Positions 30,908 to 43,504 of a stretch of DNA of 64,000 nt are shown here, piece after piece. Origin of the DNA: Macrostomum hystrix (taxonomy: Eukaryota; Animalia; Platyhelminthes); NCBI GenBank assembly GCA_950097015.1, contig CATNEN010000037.1, forward strand, positions 1,922,001-1,986,000, in the 5' to 3' direction. Within the stretch, counting starts at the first letter, position 1. The number at the start of each line of letters is the position of its first letter. Both the position numbers and the translations under genes were made by a program. A model generated the notes under the pieces. It did not search any database, was not told where the DNA came from, and saw nothing but the letters and a program-made list of their open reading frames with translations.

Positions 30908-31425
30908 CCTATGCGTCTAGTGGAAGCAACTCAACAGATTTGGAAGTTTTACGAGTATCTGAACTTATAAATATATTTACACCCAGCAAAATTAGATAAT
31001 TTCCACCCTTGCGCGGGCGCAATAAGTTATTAAGATTTGCTAGTCTATTTTGGCCATAGACTTCTCTCTCTTCGATATATAACATCTGTTGGCGTTGGCT
31101 TCAACGATTCTTTCAACGAGGACTTTCTCAGCAGACACATTGAGCACAGAGAACATTCTTATTTGATTTAGTGTCCAGGAATAGCTTTGTCTATGGTAAA
31201 ACCTAATTTGAACATGATAATGCGAATCGAGCAGGAATTTTTTCCTACACCCTTGAAGAATAATAATCGAACTCATTCTCTCTCAAACAAATCATAAATT
31301 TACACAATTCAGCTGATCAAATTAAATACCTAGCGCCAATGCGCTCAGCAAAGGAACCGTTTATTGTTTGAAAGCGAAATTGACCTGAGCACATTTTTAA
31401 AGAAACAATTTAAGTTTAAGAAAAT

Positions 31426-34400
31426 TTAAAAGTCCAACGAAGACCCCAGAGCCGAGCCGCAGGTGGACTGCTTTGGCACCGACTTGCTCACCCGGCTGGC
31501 CGTCTCCGATATGTCTGGCGGCAGATGCAGACGCTGCAGTTCAAGGTAGGACTCGGGGATTGGGATTCTGATTACAAACTCAGGGATTGGGATTCTGATT
31601 ACAAACTCAGGGATTGGGATTCTGATTACAAACTCAGGGATTGGGATTCTGATTACAAACTCAGGGATTGGGATTCTGATTACAAACTCAGGGATTGGGA
31701 TTCTGATTACAAACTCAGGGATTGGGATTCTGATTACAAACTCAGGGATTGGGATTCTGATTACAAACTCAGGGATTGGGATTCTGATTACAATCTTAGG
31801 GATTGGGATTCTGATTACAATCTTAGGGATTGGGATTCTGATTACAATCTTAGGGATTGGGATTCTGATTACAATCTTAGGGATTGGGATTCTGATTACA
31901 AACTCAGGGATTGGGATTCTGATTACAATCTTAGGGATTGGGATTCTGATTACAATCTTAGGGATTGGGATTCTGATTACAATCTTAGGGATTGGGATTC
32001 TGATTACAATCTTAGGGATTGGGATTCTGATTACAATCTTAGGGATTGGGATTCTGATTACAATCTTAGGGATTGGGATTCTGATTACAATCTTAGGGAT
32101 TGGGATTCTGATTACAATCTTAGGGATTGGGATTCTGATTACACACTCACAGATTGGGATTCTGATTACAATCTTAGGGATTGGGATTCTGATTACACAC
32201 TCACAGATTGGGATTCTGATGTCAAACTGAGGAATGGGATTCTGATGTCAAACTGAGGAATGGGATTCTGATGTCAAACTGAGGAATGGGATTCTGATGT
32301 CAAACTGAGGAATGGGATTCTGATGTCAAACTGAGGAATGGGATTCTGATGTCAAAGTGAGGAATGGGATTCTGATGTCAAAGTGAGGAATGGGATTCTG
32401 ATGTCAAACTGTCATAAATGAGACCCCAGGAAATCCAGCAGAGCAGCCCTACTAACCTGAATCAGGAAAGTTTTCCTTCGCACTCGGAAGCCGAATTGCA
32501 AGGCATCGGGCCGGGTGATGGGAGCCAATGAGCCAGCTAGTGTGGGCAGCTTTCCAAGGCTCAGCAGGCCGTGCAGATCTCTATAGAGAGGATTCGCGGC
32601 CCGCTTGCGAGCATCCGGGGCCAGCAGTGACTCGAGCAGCAGCGAATAGTCCGACAGGTGGAGCATGCGACCGGACAGCACTGGTCTCTGAAGTAGAAAT
32701 TTTTTTGGTCTTGGCCTTCCTAGCAGCGAGGCCACATTACCAGTAGAACTAACAAGGGGGGGGGGAGAATTTCCTCACAGACAATTTTTGTGCTACACCC
32801 GAAAGGAGCAACGCAGGCACACGAAACTCAAGAACAGGGGCCAAATTTTTGTTGCGCATCTTCTGAAACAAAAATCAGGTCGCCAGCTCTTCAGACCGTC
32901 GAGATATTCAATGGTTCTGGCCGAAGGTCAGATTTTTCCCATAAGCGCTAGTGTATTTCACACACCCCTATACACGAATTAGCACTGCGCCACAGTGCGG
33001 CCTTGCCAGGCCTTCAAAATTGATCAGCATGTCACCCGAATGTGCCTGCGTTATCTCCGACTTCGGTGGTCACCTACAATTTATCTAGTCGGATTTGCTG
33101 GACCTTCAAGGGCTACAACAGGTCCTACCGTTAATTTAAAGAAGGCTTGGGGGCTTGTCGTGCAATTTACGCCATTGAGGGCCAACCTCCGAGGCACAGT
33201 GAAAGTGTACACCGCCAGGCGATGAGAAAGTCAGGGCAGATGTACACACCCCTTGTGATTGTGTGTACAGCTGTACAAAGCATTCACCTGTAGGCGCAGC
33301 AGGTGTGGCGCAGTCAGCCAAGCGGTGCACAAGTGCCTGGAGCACAGGTCGCGCAGGTTGTAGAGAAACCGCAGAGCTTCGCTGTCTCGATCGGCCGAGC
33401 TGCTGCCCCAGAGTAAAGAGGCGAAGCCGGGGATCACTGAGGAGAATTGGGATCAGAGAGCGTCAGATGGAACATGCGGCTAATAGACAGCTCTCTCTAA
33501 AATATATAATTCCGAGAAATTACTGATCCTGAAATCCTGAAGAGCAAATCCAATCAAAATTAGGGAATTTCACAAACCACGCCTGATCCCATAAAGCACA
33601 CCTGATCCCATAGGGAAAAATCTGATCCCATAGAGTCGGAAACCCATGAAGGCCACCTGATCCCATTGGGACGGAATCCCATGAAGCAAACCTGATCCCA
33701 AAATAACATAAACCCAAGAAGTACATTAGAAATCCTACTAACAACTAACATATAAAACTTTCCTGATCTACAACTCTGATGTGAATCAAAATTGCTCTAA
33801 AAATATCTCACCAACTTTGAGCAGATTTTGAGTCTCCTCAGTTGGCCTAGTGGGGTAGCAATACTCGCCGCTGAGCAAGCGCTCTCGGATGCTGCTCAGC
33901 GCCCGTGTGGAATTCTCCGAAAATGAGCTACAAATAAGAGGATTACGAATTTATAACGGAGGGGATTCAAATCAAGGGGATAGCATTTAACCGATATGAT
34001 CATTTCGAAACTGATGGGATTATATTAAAACTGGGGGGATACTATTGAAACTGAGGGGATAATATTGAAACTGAGGGGATAATATTGAAACTGAGGGGAT
34101 AATATTGAAACTGAGGGATAATATTGAAACTGAGGGGATAATATAAAAACTGGGGGATAATATTGAAACTGAGGGATAATATTGAAACTGAGGGGATAAT
34201 ATTGAAACTGAGGGATAATATTGAAACTGAGGGGATAATATTGAAACTGAGGGGATAATATAAAAACTGGGGGATAATATTGAAACTGAGGGGATAATAT
34301 TGAAACTGAGGGGATAATATAAAAACTGGGGGATAATATTGAAACTGAGGGATAATATTGAAACTGAGGGGATAATATTGAAACTGAGGGATAATATTGA

Positions 34401-37400
34401 AACTGAGGGGATAATATTGAAACTGAGGGGATAATATAAAAACTGGGGGATAATATTGAAACTGAGGGGATAATATTGAAACTGAGGGGATAATATTGAA
34501 ACTGAGGGGATAATATTGAAACTGGGGGGATACTATTGAAACTGAGGGGATAATATTGAAACTGGGGGGATAATATTGAAACTGAGGGGATAATATTGAA
34601 ACTGAGAGGATAATATTGAAACTGAGGGGATAATATTGAAACTGAGGGGATAATATTGAAACTGAGGGGATAATATAAAACTGAGGGATAATATTGAAAC
34701 TGAGGGGATAATATTGAAACTGAGGGGATAATATTGAAACTGAGGGGATAATATTGAAACTGAGGGGATAATATTGAAACTGAGGGGATAATATTGAAAC
34801 TGAGGGGATAATATTGAAACTGAGGGGATAATATTGAAACTGAGGGGATAATATAAAAACTGGGGGATAATATTGAAACTGAGGGGATAATACAAAAACT
34901 GGGGGATAATATTGAAACTGAGGGGATAATATTGAAACTGAGGGATAATATTGAAACTGAGGGGATAATATAAAAACTGGGGGATAATATTGAAACTGAG
35001 GGATAATATTGAAACTGAGGGGATAATATTGAAACTGAGGGATAATATTGAAACTGAGGGGATAATATTGAAACTGAGGGGATAATATAAAAACTGGGGG
35101 ATAATATTGAAACTGAGGGGATAATATTGAAACTGAGGGGATAATATTGAAACTGAGGGGATAATATTGAAACTGGGGGGATACTATTGAAACTGAGGGG
35201 ATAATATTGAAACTGGGGGGATAATATTGAAACTGAGGGGATAATATTGAAACTGAGAGGATAATATTGAAACTGAGGGGATAATATTGAAACTGAGGGG
35301 ATAATATTGAAACTGAGGGGATAATATAAAACTGAGGGATAATATTGAAACTGAGGGGATAATATTGAAACTGAGGGGATAATATTGAAACTGAGGGGAT
35401 AATATTGAAACTGAGGGGATAATATTGAAACTGAGGGGATAATATTGAAACTGAGGGGATAATATTGAAACTGAGGGGATAATATTGAAACTGAGGGGAT
35501 AATATAAAAACTGGGGGATAATATTGAAACTGAGGGGATAATACAAAAACTGGGGGATAATATTGAAACTGAGGGGATAATATTGAAACTGAGGGGATAA
35601 TATTGAAACTGAGGGGATAATATAAAAACTGGGGGATAATATTGAAACTGAGGGGATAATATTGAAACTGAGGGGATAATATTGAAACTGAGGGGATAAT
35701 ATTGAAACTGAGGGGATAATATTGAAACTGAGGGATAATATTGAAACTGAGGGGATAATATTGAAACTGAGGGGATAATATTGAAACTGAGGGGATAATA
35801 TTGAAACTGAGGGGATAATATTGAAACTGAGGGGATAATATTGAAACTGAGGGGATAATATTGAAACTGAGGGGATAATATTGAAACTGAGGGGATAATA
35901 TTGAAACTGAGGGGATAATATTGAAACTGAGGGGATAATGTTGAAACTGAGGGGATAATATTGAAACTGGGGGATAATATAAAAACTGGGGGATAATATT
36001 GAAACTGAGGGGATAATATTGAAACTGAGGGGATAATATTGAAACTGAGGGGATAATATAAAAACTGAGGGGATAATATTGAAACTGAGGGGATAATATT
36101 GAAACTGAGGGGATAATGTTGAAACTGAGGGGATAATATTGAAACTGAGGGGATAATATAAAAACTGGGGGATAATATAAAAACTGGGGGATAATATTGA
36201 AACTGAGGGGATAATATTGAAACTGAGGCGATAATATTGAAACTGAGGGGATAATATAAAAACTGGGGGATAATATTGAAACTGAGGGGATAATATTGAA
36301 ACTGAGGGGATAATATTGAAACTGAGGGGATAATATTGAAACTGGGGGGATACTATTGAAACTGAGGGGATAATATTGAAACTGGGGGGATAATATTGAA
36401 ACTGAGGGGATAATATTGAAACTGAGAGGATAATATTGAAACTGAGGGGATAATATTGAAACTGAGGGGATAATATTGAAACTGAGGGGATAATATAAAA
36501 ACTGGGGGATAATATTGAAACTGAGGGGATAATATTGAAACTGAGGGATAATATTGAAACTGAGGGGATAATATTGAAACTGAGGGGATAATATTGAAAC
36601 TGAGGGGATAATATTGAAACTGAGGGGATAATATTGAAACTGAGGGGATAATATTGAAACTGAGGGGATAATATTGAAACTGAGGGGATAATATTGAAAC
36701 TGAGGGGATAATATAAAAACTGGGGGATAATATTGAAACTGAGGGGATAATACAAAAACTGGGGGATAATATTGAAACTGAGGGGATAATATTGAAACTG
36801 AGGGGATAATATTGAAACTGAGGGGATAATATAAAAACTGGGGGATAATATTGAAACTGAGGGGATAATATTGAAACTGAGGGGATAATATTGAAACTGA
36901 GGGGATAATATTGAAACTGAGGGGATAATATTGAAACTGAGGGATAATATTGAAACTGAGGGGATAATATTGAAACTGAGGGGATAATATTGAAACTGAG
37001 GGGATAATATTGAAACTGAGGGGATAATATTGAAACTGAGGGGATAATATTGAAACTGAGGGGATAATATTGAAACTGAGGGGATAATATTGAAACTGAG
37101 GGGATAATATTGAAACTGAGGGGATAATATTGAAACTGAGGGGATAATGTTGAAACTGAGGGGATAATATTGAAACTGGGGGATAATATAAAAACTGGGG
37201 GATAATATTGAAACTGAGGGGATAATATTGAAACTGAGGGGATAATATTGAAACTGAGGGGATAATATAAAAACTGAGGGGATAATATTGAAACTGAGGG
37301 GATAATATTGAAACTGAGGGGATAATGTTGAAACTGAGGGGATAATATTGAAACTGAGGGGATAATATAAAAACTGGGGGATAATATAAAAACTGGGGGA

Positions 37401-38953
37401 TAATATTGAAACTGAGGGGATAATATTGAAACTGAGGCGATAATATTGAAACTGAGGGGATAATATAAAAACTGGGGGATAATATTGAAACTGAGGGGAT
37501 AATATTGAAACTGAGGGGATAATATTGAAACTGAGGGGATAATACTCAAACACAGGGGGTAAATATTCCAATATAGGGGACAATATTAAAACTGATGAAT
37601 TAAAGAGATGGGGCCATGCCTTAAACAGGGTAAACATTGTTTCACAAGCTGTGAATATTATTTGGATACCTGAATGGTTCGAAGTGGAGCACTTTGAGCC
37701 AAATTTTGCCGGATTCCTTTAGACTTTTCAAGTCCAACTTTTTAGATAGATCGAAGTTTTTCGCTCCCGTGGTGGCCTTGTCTAGAGTGTGTAGATCCTT
37801 GTTTTGGGGGATTTTTTACTTAAGTAGAGACAGACAGATATCGTTTAAGTGATTATGGTACAGATAGAGCTCACGGATTCATGGTTTAACTCGATGGTAA
37901 CTTTATGGTCTATTCTATGGTTTAACTCGATGGCAACTTTATGGTCTATGGTTTAACTCGATGGTAACTTTATGGTCTATGGCTTAACTCGATGGTAACT
38001 TTATGGTCTATGGTTTAACTCGATGGTAACTTTATGGTCTATGGCTTAACTCGATGGTAACTTTATGGTCTATGGTTTAACTCGATTGTAACTTTATGGT
38101 CTATGGTTTAACTCGATGGTAATTCTTTGGTCTATGGTTTAACTCGGGGGTAACTCTATTGTCTATGGTTTAACCATATACTAAACTCTATGGTTAACTC
38201 CATACAATATTTACAGAACAATATGCCGCGTTAGAGATGAATTCTGTTTAAAATTCAATCGAACCTCGAATCGCGGTGCATTCTTGTAGCGCCAGGCGAT
38301 TGCCAGGCCTTCGTCCTGCTGGCTACTCTCTCCAGATGCTGAAGGAATTTGCTGCTGCTGCTGAACGGAACTGGAGTTGACATCCTCTTCAACGTCTGGC
38401 AGGTTCTGCATTGTTATATTCGATTAGAAATCGCAAAATGATTCGATTTCGAAATTTCAAAAAAGCTACAAATGTATGAAAATGTTATTTCAGACAGATA
38501 CCAACAGACAGACAGACAGACAGAGATTTAGTCTCACCGCAAGCAGGTAGTCCGCGTGGACCTGATCTGCGGCAACCAGCAGCACGTGCTGACCATCGAG
38601 TAGGCTCTGTGCTAGAAGGTAGCGCGTCAGAACTCCGGCGTAGGCGCCTGTAGCGTCTTCGTCTAGCGATTAGGAAAAATGTCTAAAGCCTAAAGCGGCG
38701 AAAATGAGCAGCCAATCATCTCTACATTGAAATTATAGCGAGCCTCACCAACAATGCAGACTCCGCCAACTGCCAATCCACCGCCGATCAGAGCATCAAG
38801 AGCTGGCACACCGCAGCTGGTGACAGTGGCCTGATGCTGCTGCTGAGGCTGCTGCTGCTGACCGCAGGCGGGTCGGCCGCCGGGCACCCGTGGCCGAGGC
38901 CGCGGTCCGCCGACTCCGCCGGGTCGATTGTCTGTCAATCGTCGAAAGCCAGA
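31426..38953 (-). CDS. ELP4: Elongator complex protein 4; exons 38749-38953, 38538-38662, 38265-38405, 37670-37797, 33812-33927, 33288-33436, 32457-32687, 31426-31533; initiator ATG not found
   Basis: TSCGVPALDALIGGGLAVGGVCIVDED, LAIAWRY, NFDLSK, LLWG...RFLYNLR, LSD...LES...NPLYRDLHGLL, FGFRVRRKTFLIQRLHLPPDISET...LDF* are ELP4-family motifs. All joins are phase-consistent; the acceptor at 37797 is the least certain. Confidence 0.9.
31555..32412. repeat. Compound 27-bp (GGGATTGGGATTCTGATTACAAACTCA) and 26-bp (GAGGAATGGGATTCTGATGTCAAACT) minisatellite in the last ELP4 intron
   Basis: Visible; the unit changes progressively along the array. Confidence 0.95.
33140..33265 (+). mobile_element. SINE family B body (head absent) in an ELP4 intron
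   Basis: GAAGGCTTGGGGG...GTGCAATTTACG...GAGGGCCAACCTCCGAGGCACAGTGAAAGTGTACAC...GATGAGAAAGTCAGGGCAGATGTACACACC matches the 15.6 kb copy. Confidence 0.7.
34030..37550. repeat. 20-bp minisatellite (AACTGAGGGGATAATATTGA), about 175 copies with higher-order structure, filling an ELP4 intron
   Basis: Visible tandem; a rare variant (GAGGCG) recurs about 1.2 kb apart. Confidence 0.98.
37880..38195. repeat. 31-bp minisatellite (TATGGTTTAACTCGATGGTAACTTTATGGTC) in an ELP4 intron
   Basis: Visible tandem, about 10 copies. Confidence 0.92.
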
Positions 38954-38999
38954 CTGGAAGGCAGAGAGTCGAATGCCAGACTAAATAAATCTGTTACTG

Positions 39000-39885
39000 G
39001 GGAGGGCAGGATGGAGTCAGCTGACTGTGGGGAAGGCAGGATGGAGTCAGCTGACTGTGGGGAAGGCAGGATGGAGTCAGCTGACTGTGGGGAAGGCAGG
39101 ATGGAGTCAGCTGACTGTGGGGAAGGCAGGATGGAGTCAGCTGACTGTGGGGAAGGCAGGATGGAGTCAGCTGACTGTGGGGAAGGCAGGATGGAGTCAG
39201 TCGACTGTGGGGAAGGCAGTGGATGATGGTGTCAGCTGACTGTGGGGAAGGCAGTGGATGATGGTGTCAGCTGACTGTGGGGAAGGCAGTGGATGATGGT
39301 GTCAGCTGACTATTGGGAGGGCAGTGGAGGATGATGGTGTCAGCTGACTATGGGAAAGGCAGTGGAGGATGATGGTGTCAGCTGACTGTGGGGAAGGCAG
39401 GATGGAGTCAGCTGACTGTGGGGAAGGCAGTGGATGATGGTGTCAGCTGACTGTGGGGAAGGCAGTGGATGATGGTGTCAGCTGACTGTGGGGAAGGCAG
39501 TGGATAATGGTGTCAGCTGACTGTGGGGAAGGCAGTGGATGATGGTGTCAGCTGACTGTGGGGAAGGCAGTGGATGATGGTGTCAGCTGACTGTGGGGAA
39601 GGCAGTGGATAATGGTGTCAGCTGACTGTGGGGAAGGCAGTGGATGATGGTGTCAGCTGACTGTGGGGAAGGCAGTGGAGGATGATGGTGTCAGCTGACT
39701 GTGGGGAAGGCGGTGGATGATGGTGTCATCTGACTGTGGGGAAGGCAGTGGAGGATGATGGTGTCAGAGCTGACTGTTGGGAGGGCAGTGGAGGATGATG
39801 GTGTCAGCTGACTGTGGGAAAGGCAGTGGAGGATGATGTGTCAGCTGACTGTTGGGAGGGCAGTAGAGGATGATGTGTCAGCTGA
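39000..39885. repeat. 30-38-bp minisatellite (GGAAGGCAGGATGGAGTCAGCTGACTGTGG and variants) just upstream of the first ELP4 coding exon
   Basis: Visible tandem; units lengthen along the array. Confidence 0.95.
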
Positions 39886-40399
39886 ATGCTAAGTCAGGAA
39901 ATGAATTTAGCGGAATAGTTCTGTTGCTCTGTTTTTAAAAAAGTTGGATAAAAAATAAATTTAAGTTTTTTAGAGCAAAGCTCAAAGAAGATAGACAATA
40001 TCCAAGCTTTGGCGCGCAGCTATGTATTTGTGTGTAGCTTCCTAATAATGTAGTGGCAAAGTAAAAAATGATATTAAAAAACAAAGCAGACGGTAATTAA
40101 GCCTTTGAACATTTAAGTTTATCTAACATTCACGGGTAACGGGTACTGATTGAACATTGACCGAAAAATATTGTAGCAGAAACGATACGCTTGGAGCAAA
40201 TTTTATAATGTGATTTAAAAATAAAATATTCGTAGACGCTAAACTTCTACCTGCCGAGCAACATAAAACAGTCATGATAAGCTTTTGAGTATGCCTAATA
40301 TTTAAATAATTGCTAGTTTTCAAATTGGAAAAAATGTAAACAAACAACTTTTGTCCTTCAGCAGGGACTTTTGATTCCTTGAATTTGGGTAGATTTGGC

Positions 40400-40480
40400 G
40401 GCCTATCCAGTCCATGGACTGAATAGCTGTAAGCAGCCTATGGAGGCAATAGATGCGGCTGTGTCACTGACTGGGCTATT
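40400..40480 (+). mobile_element. SINE family A, 3' fragment
   Basis: CCAGTCCATGGACTGAATAGCTGTAAGCAGCC...GCAATAGATGCGGCTGTG matches the 25.2 kb copy. Confidence 0.65.
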
Positions 40481-40919
40481 TTTACTCGTATTTCTTCTCT
40501 CTATTCATAAATTAGAAAAATCTAAATTAAAACTACGGGCAAGATAGACGCATTATACAGTTCTAGAGACAATAATAGGCACATCTGACATAGATATCGT
40601 TTTAAATGAAAAAAATTTTTACTTACTAATAAACAAGTTAAAAGCACTATTGACTTGAAATCAATGCCGCAAAAAAGTGATTGGCCTAAAAATAGAACAC
40701 TATATATTTATTATACTTTAGCTAATTGTGAAATAAACTAAAATAAATGGCTCGTGTGCGCGGCTCCTCATACTATAAGTAGAAATAGTAGTATCTTATG
40801 TACTCGTAGTGCGTAAAGAAAAAATCAAACTCTCTAAAACGCATTCTTGGCAAAACCTACTTCCCAGGAAACCTATTTTTAACGATAAGGTAAACTGCTA
40901 TCTTAAGGAAAACTGCAGA

Positions 40920-42782
40920 TTAATGGCCAAGGCTACAAAGGACACATGGACTATGGCCAAGGCTACCAAGGACACAAGGATAATGGCCAAGGCTACAAAG
41001 GACACATGGACTATGGCCAAGGCTACCAAGGACACAAGGATAATGGCCAAGGCTACAAAGGACACATGGACTATGGCCAAGGCTACCAAGGACACATGGA
41101 CTATGGCCAAGGCTACCAAGGACACAAGGATAATGGCCAAGCCTACAAAGGACACATGGACTATGGCCAAGGCTACCAAGGACACAAGGATAATGGCCAA
41201 GGCTATCAAGGACACATAGACTATGGCCAAGGCTACCAAGGACACATGGACTATGGCCAAGGCTACCAAGGACACAAGGATAACGGCCAAGGCTACCAAG
41301 GACACAAGGATAACGGCCAAGGCTACCAAGGACACAGGGACAATGGCCAAGGCTACCAAGGACACAAGGACAATGGCCAAGGCTACCAAGGACACAAGGA
41401 CAACGGCCAAGGCTACCAAGGACACAAGGATAATGGCCAAGGCTACCAAGGACACAAGGATAATGGCCAAGGCTACCAAGGACACAAGGACAATGGCCAA
41501 GGCTACCAAGGACACAAGGATAATGGCCAAGGCTACCAAGGACACAAGGACAATGGCCAAGGCTACCAAGGACACAAGGACAACGGCCAAGGCTACCAAG
41601 GACAGAAGGATAATGGCCAAGGCTACCAAGGACACAAGGATAATGGCCAAGGCTACCAAGGACACAGGGACAATGGCCAAGGCTACCAAGGACACAAGAA
41701 CTATGGCCAAGGCTACCAAGGACACAGGGACAATGGCCAAGGCTACCAAGGACACAAGGATAATGGCCAAGGCTACCAAGGACACAGGGACAATGGCCAA
41801 GGCTACCAAGGACACAGGGACAATGGCCAAGGCTACCAAGGACAGAAGGATAATGGCCAAGGCTACCAAGGACACAGGGACAATGGCCAAGGCTACCAAG
41901 GACAGAAGGATAATGGCCAAGGCTACCAAGGACACAAGGACAATGGCCAAGGCTACCAAGGACACAGGGACAATGGCCAAGGCTACCAAGGACAGAAGGA
42001 TAATGGCCAAGGCTACCAAGGACACAGGGACAATGGCCAAGGCTACCAAGGACACAAGAACTATGGCCAAGGCTACCAAGGACACAGGGACAATGGCCAA
42101 GGCTACCAAGGACACAAGAACTATGGCCAAGGCTACCAAGGACACAAGGACAATGGCCAAGGCTACCAAGGACACAAGGACAATGGCCAAGGCTACCAAG
42201 GACACAAGGACAATGGCCAAGGCTACCAAGGACACAGGGACAATGGCCAAGGCTACCAAGGACACAAGAACTATGGCCAAGGCTACCAAGGACACAGGGA
42301 CAATGGCCAAGGCTACCAAGGACACAAGGATAATGGCCAAGGCTACCAAGGACACAAGGACAATGGCCAAGGCTACCAAGGACACAAAGGATAATGGCCA
42401 AGGCTACCAAGGACACAGGGACAATGGCCAAGGCTACCAAGGACACAAGGATAATGGCCAAGGCTACCAAGGACACAGGGATAATGGCCAAGGCTACCAA
42501 GGACACAAGGATAATGGCCAAGGCTACCAAGGACAGAAGGATAATGGCCAAGGCTACCAAGGACACAAGGATAATGGCCAAGGCTACCAAGGACACAGGG
42601 ACAATGGCCAAGGCTACCAAGGACACAGGGACAATGGCCAAGGCTACCAAGGACAGAAGGATAATGGCCAAGGCTACCAAGGACACAAGGACAATGGCCA
42701 AGGCTACCAAGGACAGAAGGATAATGGCCAAAGCTACCAAGGACACAAGGACAATGGCCAAGGCTACCAAGGACACAGGGAT
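40920..42782. repeat. 30-bp minisatellite (GGATAATGGCCAAGGCTACCAAGGACACAA), about 62 copies
   Basis: Visible tandem with no stop codon in several frames; a 1-nt insertion near 42387 shifts all frames. Confidence 0.97.
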
Positions 42783-43504
42783 TATGTGATAGAAAATATC
42801 CGAATTCGAAGTATTATTAGCTCCTCGAATACATAGTGCTAAACAGCAAGTATATTTCATTCGATGAAGAGGCAGGCAAATATTTAATATTTAGCAGAGA
42901 ATAATCTTTTTTTCAGAAGATAGACACCAGCTTTAATTGCATAAAATTTATCTCCCTACATAGCAAACAACGGCCGATATGTATCGAAAATGACAAAAAA
43001 AGAAAGCTTTATAAAGAAAAGCTAAAAACACTGAAAGCTAATTCATACCAACAAGCAGCTGACAATATTGTGGGCGTTAATTTTGCTAACCTTAAAGAAC
43101 AGTACATAGGCATGCTAAGGTTTAACGCTAAGCTCTGTAGTGATATAAATGGTATACTTATTAATTTAAAAAATTACAAAAGGATATTATTCGAACAAGG
43201 TAATTCGTCATTGAACATTAATGCAAAATCATCTCTCCTATCAATTAAGCTGAAGCTTTACATTCTATGAGTTTGATTGAATCCACAATATAAAGCATGT
43301 ATTAGCCAAATAATAGAAATTTATAAAAGCAGCAAGGAGGGACTAAAAAGCCAAGATACAACAGCTACATTCGCACAAACCAGGTGGGCCAAAAAAATTC
43401 GCGAGATTGTATGCTGACATTGACCGCAACTTCCCACAGATTCGAATCCGTGACGTCTTAGAACTGTTTAACAAAAAATATACATTAAAAATCTAAACTG
43501 CAGC

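Noticed and set aside
31525-32256. (RDWDSDYKL)n ORF on the plus strand
   Set aside because: Antisense to ELP4, lying in its last intron and overlapping its terminal exon; repeat-derived.
34533-37637. 817-aa and 398-aa minus-strand ORFs
   Set aside because: Translations of the 20-bp array inside a phase-consistent ELP4 intron.
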